Part shown: piece by piece, positions 27,255 through 31,240 of the stretch
Numbering within the stretch: the stretch's first letter is position 1
How the letters are laid out: each line of letters starts with the position of its first letter
Source: Cyanobacteria bacterium P01_D01_bin.156
GTDB taxonomy: Bacteria; Cyanobacteriota; Cyanobacteriia; Phormidesmidales; Phormidesmidaceae
Direction of reading: 5' to 3'
DNA length: 31,240 nucleotides
NCBI GenBank assembly: GCA_039024555.1
Contig: JBCCQQ010000070.1
Span: 1-31,240 of the forward strand
Notes under the pieces: generated by a model
Databases searched by the model: none
The model's input: only the letters and a program-made list of their open reading frames with translations
What the model was told of the DNA's origin: nothing
Made by a program: the position numbers and the translations under genes

Positions 27255-28238
27255 ATGAAACTGATTATCCAAATTCCCTGTTACAACGAAGAAAACACAT
27301 TGGGGGTAACCCTATCAGAGCTACCGCGTCAGGTTCCTGGTGTTGACACTGTTGAATGGCTAATCATTAACGATGGCAGCGTGGATCGTACCGTCGATGT
27401 AGCAAAGGAATGGGGCGTAGATCATGTTGTCAGCCTTGACCATAACCAGGGGTTAGCCCGCGGCTTTATGGCTGGACTAGACGCCTGTCTCAAGGCTGGT
27501 GCAGACATTATTGTTAATACCGATGCCGATAATCAGTATTGTGCAGCGGATATTCCTAAGTTGGTTGAACCCATTGTCAACGGAGACGCTGAGATTGTGG
27601 TGGGAGAGCGTCCCATTATGCAGATCAAACACTTTTCTCCCGTTAAAAAAGTTCTTCAACGGTTAGGCAGCTGGGCTGTTCGAGTGGCCAGCAACACTTC
27701 TGTTGCCGATGCCCCCAGTGGATTTCGGGCTATCAGTCGTAATGCGGCCATGCAGCTCAATGTTTTTAATGAGTATACCTACACCCTAGAAACGATTATT
27801 CAAGCAGGTCAAAAGGGGATGGCGATAGCATCGGTGCCGATTCGTACCAATGGTTACTTGCGTCCTTCCCGATTGGTGAAAAGCATTGCCTCCTATGTGC
27901 AGCGATCGCTATTTACGATTTTGCGCATCTTTGTGACCTATCGACCGCTATCTTTTTTTACAATTCTGGGGGCAATACCTCTTGGGTTAGGGGTATTGCT
28001 AGGGGTACGTTGGATCTGGCTATTTATGACCACCTTTGAGCAGACTGGGCGTAGTCATGTACCCAGTTTGATTTTGTCGGCCATATTGATTTTGATTGGT
28101 GTCCAATGTTGGATATTTGGGCTGATGGCGGATTTAATGTCAGCTAATCGTAAGCTTCTAGAGGACATTCAACTACGACTGCGACGCTCAGAAATTGAAG
28201 GACACATAAACAAGGTTCGGGAAAAAGAGAGGCGATAA
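27255..28238 (+). CDS. Family 2 glycosyltransferase (polyprenol-phosphate sugar synthase-like)
   Basis: IPCYNEE, NDGSVD.T, DAD.QY, DAPSGFRA, two C-terminal TM helices. Confidence 0.92.
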   Translation: MKLIIQIPCYNEENTLGVTLSELPRQVPGVDTVEWLIINDGSVDRTVDVAKEWGVDHVVSLDHNQGLARGFMAGLDACLKAGADIIVNTDADNQYCAADIPKLVEPIVNGDAEIVVGERPIMQIKHFSPVKKVLQRLGSWAVRVASNTSVADAPSGFRAISRNAAMQLNVFNEYTYTLETIIQAGQKGMAIASVPIRTNGYLRPSRLVKSIASYVQRSLFTILRIFVTYRPLSFFTILGAIPLGLGVLLGVRWIWLFMTTFEQTGRSHVPSLILSAILILIGVQCWIFGLMADLMSANRKLLEDIQLRLRRSEIEGHINKVREKERR

Positions 28239-28345
28239 CATTTTTTCTGCTTTGAGCTTTAGCCTCCACGCTTATTGGTTTACCCTTCGAGAAGGTATGG
28301 CCTACGCGCAGCCTCTTTTCTCATTTCTATATCTCCCATTTTTAT

Positions 28346-29944
28346 ATGAAAGACTTATTTGCCAAGGCTGCCCTCGAACAGATTCCTAAAATTCTGACAC
28401 TGCAGGACCGTAACCCCCACAGCCCCAACTATGGTTGTTTTGATCGCAACTATTGGCAATACAAAATAATTGACTTCCCCAGCGGCATGTCCCAAGAGTT
28501 TGTGTGGCCCCTGGCACTGGTATGTGCCATGCCGTTACCGGATAATCCGTATCACCAGCAGCCCAATATTAAGGCATGGGTAGAAGCCGGAATTAGCTTT
28601 GCAGCCAAAAGCGCTCACCCAGACGGTTCCTGCGATGATTATTTTCCGTTTGAACGGGCTGGGGGAGCTGCCGCCTTTTCATTGCTGGCCTGTTTAGAGA
28701 GCTATCGTTTGTTAAATCTGGACAATCAGCAACTGCTACGTTTTTTTGAAACCCGCGCCGATTGGTTAGCCCACCACCAGGAAAGCGGGCGTTTAACCAA
28801 TCACCAGGCACTGATTGTCCTGTGTTTAGAATTGGCCTCTCGGGTGCTAGGTACTCAAAAATGGCAGGGGGCGATTCAACAGCGGCTGAAACAGGTGCTT
28901 TCTTGGCAAGACCCGGAAGGATGGTTCCAGGAATATGAGGGCTGCGATCCGGGGTATCACACCCTAACGATTGCTTGTTTAGCTCGGGTATATGACTTGG
29001 GAGATCGAAAAGATGAGCGTTTGAGAGCTGCGATCGCAAATGGCGTCCGTCTTGCCAGCCACTTTGTTCATCCCGACGGCTCCTACGGTGGTGAATACAC
29101 CAGTCGCAATACCTACAACTTCTTTCCCCATGGTTTCGAGCTAGTAGGCCGCTGGATGCCTGAAGCACTTAGCATTAACGATCGTTTTCTTTCAGGGTTG
29201 GCAAGTGGGCGTGGCTCCTGCTATGCCGATGATCACATTGTGGGTCACCACACCTGGAACTACCTGCTCACCTGGCAAGACTTTGTAGATGAACGCCCTC
29301 CTACCCAGGAGCCCCAGGCGGGCCGAATATGGTTTCCCCATGCTCGTATTCTGGTTGACCAGCGAGATGATACTAAGCTCTATTTAGCCTTAAACAAGGG
29401 GGGAGCGTTTAAGTTCTTTCGCCAAAACCAGTTGGTATTGTCCGATACCCAGTTCTCATTGCAGGTGAGAGATGGGGGCAAGATTAAAAATGCTGTTGGG
29501 CATCTAGTGGGAGACTACACCTACGACATCCAAGATGATCAAATTGTTATTGAAGGTCCCCTAGGCTGGGCCAAACAAAAACAGATGACCCCCTTAAATC
29601 TCATAATTTTACGGGTGGTCATGCTAACCGTGGGACGATTTTTCCCAAATCTGATTCGTAAGCTGTTGCAAAAGATGTTGATCACCGGTAAAAATGACGC
29701 ACCTTTTCAGTTTCAGCGCACCTTTCAGTGGCACCATGACCACTGGAAGCTTACAGATAATCTGATAGCCACCAGCGGTTGGAAAAATGTGATCACTGCC
29801 GGTATTGGCAGTGATCAAACCTCGATTTATGTGGTCATGAGCCGCACGTTTCAGTTCGGGCAATTACAACCTTGGAAAGACCTCAGCGCTGAGGTCAACA
29901 GTCTCTCGTCAGGGCAACCGCTGGAGGTGGAACGACAGTTGTAG
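28346..29944 (+). CDS. Hypothetical protein, probable alpha/alpha-toroid plus beta domain (heparinase II/III-like architecture)
   Basis: Repeated Q/H.PDGS/EGW helix-end motifs, TNHQAL, GWFQEYEGCDPGYH; fold is an inference. Confidence 0.7.
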   Translation: MKDLFAKAALEQIPKILTLQDRNPHSPNYGCFDRNYWQYKIIDFPSGMSQEFVWPLALVCAMPLPDNPYHQQPNIKAWVEAGISFAAKSAHPDGSCDDYFPFERAGGAAAFSLLACLESYRLLNLDNQQLLRFFETRADWLAHHQESGRLTNHQALIVLCLELASRVLGTQKWQGAIQQRLKQVLSWQDPEGWFQEYEGCDPGYHTLTIACLARVYDLGDRKDERLRAAIANGVRLASHFVHPDGSYGGEYTSRNTYNFFPHGFELVGRWMPEALSINDRFLSGLASGRGSCYADDHIVGHHTWNYLLTWQDFVDERPPTQEPQAGRIWFPHARILVDQRDDTKLYLALNKGGAFKFFRQNQLVLSDTQFSLQVRDGGKIKNAVGHLVGDYTYDIQDDQIVIEGPLGWAKQKQMTPLNLIILRVVMLTVGRFFPNLIRKLLQKMLITGKNDAPFQFQRTFQWHHDHWKLTDNLIATSGWKNVITAGIGSDQTSIYVVMSRTFQFGQLQPWKDLSAEVNSLSSGQPLEVERQL

Positions 29945-30025
29945 TCCACCGCTGCCAACAGTTATTCCAGGGCACCCACAGGGAGATGCCCTGATAGAGA
30001 ATTCTCCTTTATTCCCTAATTTTTA

Positions 30026-30973
30026 ATGAAACGCTTTATCTCAATTGCTGTCAGCACGCTGATCCTGGTGATCTTGTATAACAAGATTAATTTCCCAGAA
30101 CTCTTGAAGGTCTTTCAGAATTGTAATCCTGTTTGGATGGTGGTTAGTTTGGGTATGGTCATCCCCATTACCTTTTTTACCGGTTGGCGACTAAAGCAGC
30201 TAATTCCGGTACAGGCCAAGCTGGGTATATGGGAAGCCAATAAACTTATCCTGGCAGCCAGTGTGCTGAATATGGTGTTGCCGTCCAAAATGGGAGATAT
30301 TGCCAAGTCTTACTTTATGAAGGAACGGGGGAATCTCAGCGGCACCCTTTCTCTGTCCATTGTAATTTTTGAAAAGGCTTGCGACATGCTGTCGCTGTTG
30401 TTGTGGTGTGCGTTTGGCCTACTGCTATACCCTCAAAAAGATGCCTTCTTCTGGACGATGACCGTCGGTATTCTTGGCGGGTTAGTGTTTGGCCTACTGA
30501 TGCTAGGCTCCAAGAAATTTGCTCGCCTAGGCTTCACTACAATGCGTCGCATTGCCCCTGGCAAAATTAGTAAAAAGTTAGCGTCATTCCAGGATTCCTG
30601 GGATGAAATGCACGATTACTTTTGGGGTAGCCCTAGCCAGCTTGCTCGCATTGCCGGGATGTCCATTTTTGTGTGGTTCCTACATCTGTTGCAAATTTGG
30701 CTCTTTATTTTGGCCCTCAACGCCTGGGCTCCGCCTGTGATTAGTTTTGCACTCTCGCCGTTAGCAATTTTGGCCGGTTTGTTGCCCCTTACATTTGCCG
30801 GTGTAGGTACTCGGGATGCCGCTTTAGTCGCTCTTTATGCGCCTTACTTTAGTGCTGCCACTGGAGCTGCTCTTGGGGTTCTATGTACGTCTCGTTATTT
30901 TCTGCCTGCCATTGGTGGCCTGCCGTTCCTCAATCAATATCTAAGTACGGTCAAGCAACTCAAAAAGGCATAA
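30026..30973 (+). CDS. Lysylphosphatidylglycerol synthase TM domain (flippase-like) protein
   Basis: LNMVLPSKMGDIAK, SIVIFEK..D, LPLTFAGVGTRD, polytopic. Confidence 0.88.
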   Translation: MKRFISIAVSTLILVILYNKINFPELLKVFQNCNPVWMVVSLGMVIPITFFTGWRLKQLIPVQAKLGIWEANKLILAASVLNMVLPSKMGDIAKSYFMKERGNLSGTLSLSIVIFEKACDMLSLLLWCAFGLLLYPQKDAFFWTMTVGILGGLVFGLLMLGSKKFARLGFTTMRRIAPGKISKKLASFQDSWDEMHDYFWGSPSQLARIAGMSIFVWFLHLLQIWLFILALNAWAPPVISFALSPLAILAGLLPLTFAGVGTRDAALVALYAPYFSAATGAALGVLCTSRYFLPAIGGLPFLNQYLSTVKQLKKA

Positions 30974-30992
30974 CCTCTACACAAGTGTGAGC

Positions 30993-31240
30993 TAGGGGAC
31001 TTGCCAAAAAATAGATTACCCGTATTTTAAGAGATAGACCATGTATGACTAACTGCTTGTTTTGAGGCCCCCGAATGCTTGACTCCTCCATAAAAGAGCC
31101 CCTTCGAGATGCAGCTCAGAAACTCACAGGAGCTCGGAAGCGAGCCTTTATGGCAAAGGTTGCCGAGGATTACTTTGAAGGGTCTGCCCGAAAAACCGAA
31201 CGGCATTTAGGGTGGGGTCGTCAGGGTGTTCAATTAGGCC
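30993..31240 (+). mobile_element. Left end of ISAzo13-family insertion sequence (partial)
   Basis: Terminal-like TAGGGGACTTGCCAAAAAATAGATTACC directly upstream of a transposase start; the right end is outside the window, so the inverted repeat cannot be confirmed. Confidence 0.65.
31075..31240 (+). CDS. ISAzo13-family transposase N-terminus (partial)
   Basis: Hand translation MLDSSIKEPLRDAAQKLTGARKRAFMAKVAEDYFEGSARKTERHLGWGRQGVQLG, open to the window edge. Confidence 0.8.
   Translation, partial: MLDSSIKEPLRDAAQKLTGARKRAFMAKVAEDYFEGSARKTERHLGWGRQGVQLG

Noticed and set aside
28593..29168. Minus-strand 191-aa ORF and other short ORFs nested in housekeeping genes
   Set aside because: Antisense or alternate-frame shadows of well-supported CDSs.

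Overview
Cyanobacterial chromosomal segment: 15 HIP1 octamers (GCGATCGC) were counted by eye, along with Uma2, DUF4278 and ISAzo13-type genes. The left ~9 kb has no HIP1 and looks accessory. It carries a co-oriented pair of AAA_35/STAND-like ATPase genes resembling a split NLR-like conflict system. One gene is a CHAT protease-TIR-ATPase effector with an apparent 1-nt frameshift right after its natural ATG. The other is an ATPase-TM-coiled coil-WD40 sensor with near-identical 123-bp repeats; it is missing from the ORF track and runs off the window. Two Uma2 nucleases, an orphan ORF, an SDR and a sterol desaturase follow. The middle is housekeeping: a helical-repeat membrane protein, moeA, pepP, gor, aldehyde dehydrogenase, a ManS-like kinase, rodZ, a pseudouridine synthase and a SphS/PhoR-like kinase. 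At 23.3-23.8 kb is an unlisted 56-aa DUF4278 gene with a full regulatory unit: sigma70 promoter, NtcA site over the -10, glutamine (glnA) riboswitch, anti-SD hairpin and terminator. The right end has a creatininase-family gene, polyphosphate glucokinase, a four-gene lipid-linked glycosylation module and the left end of an ISAzo13-family element. All family calls are by motif recognition; no searches were run.
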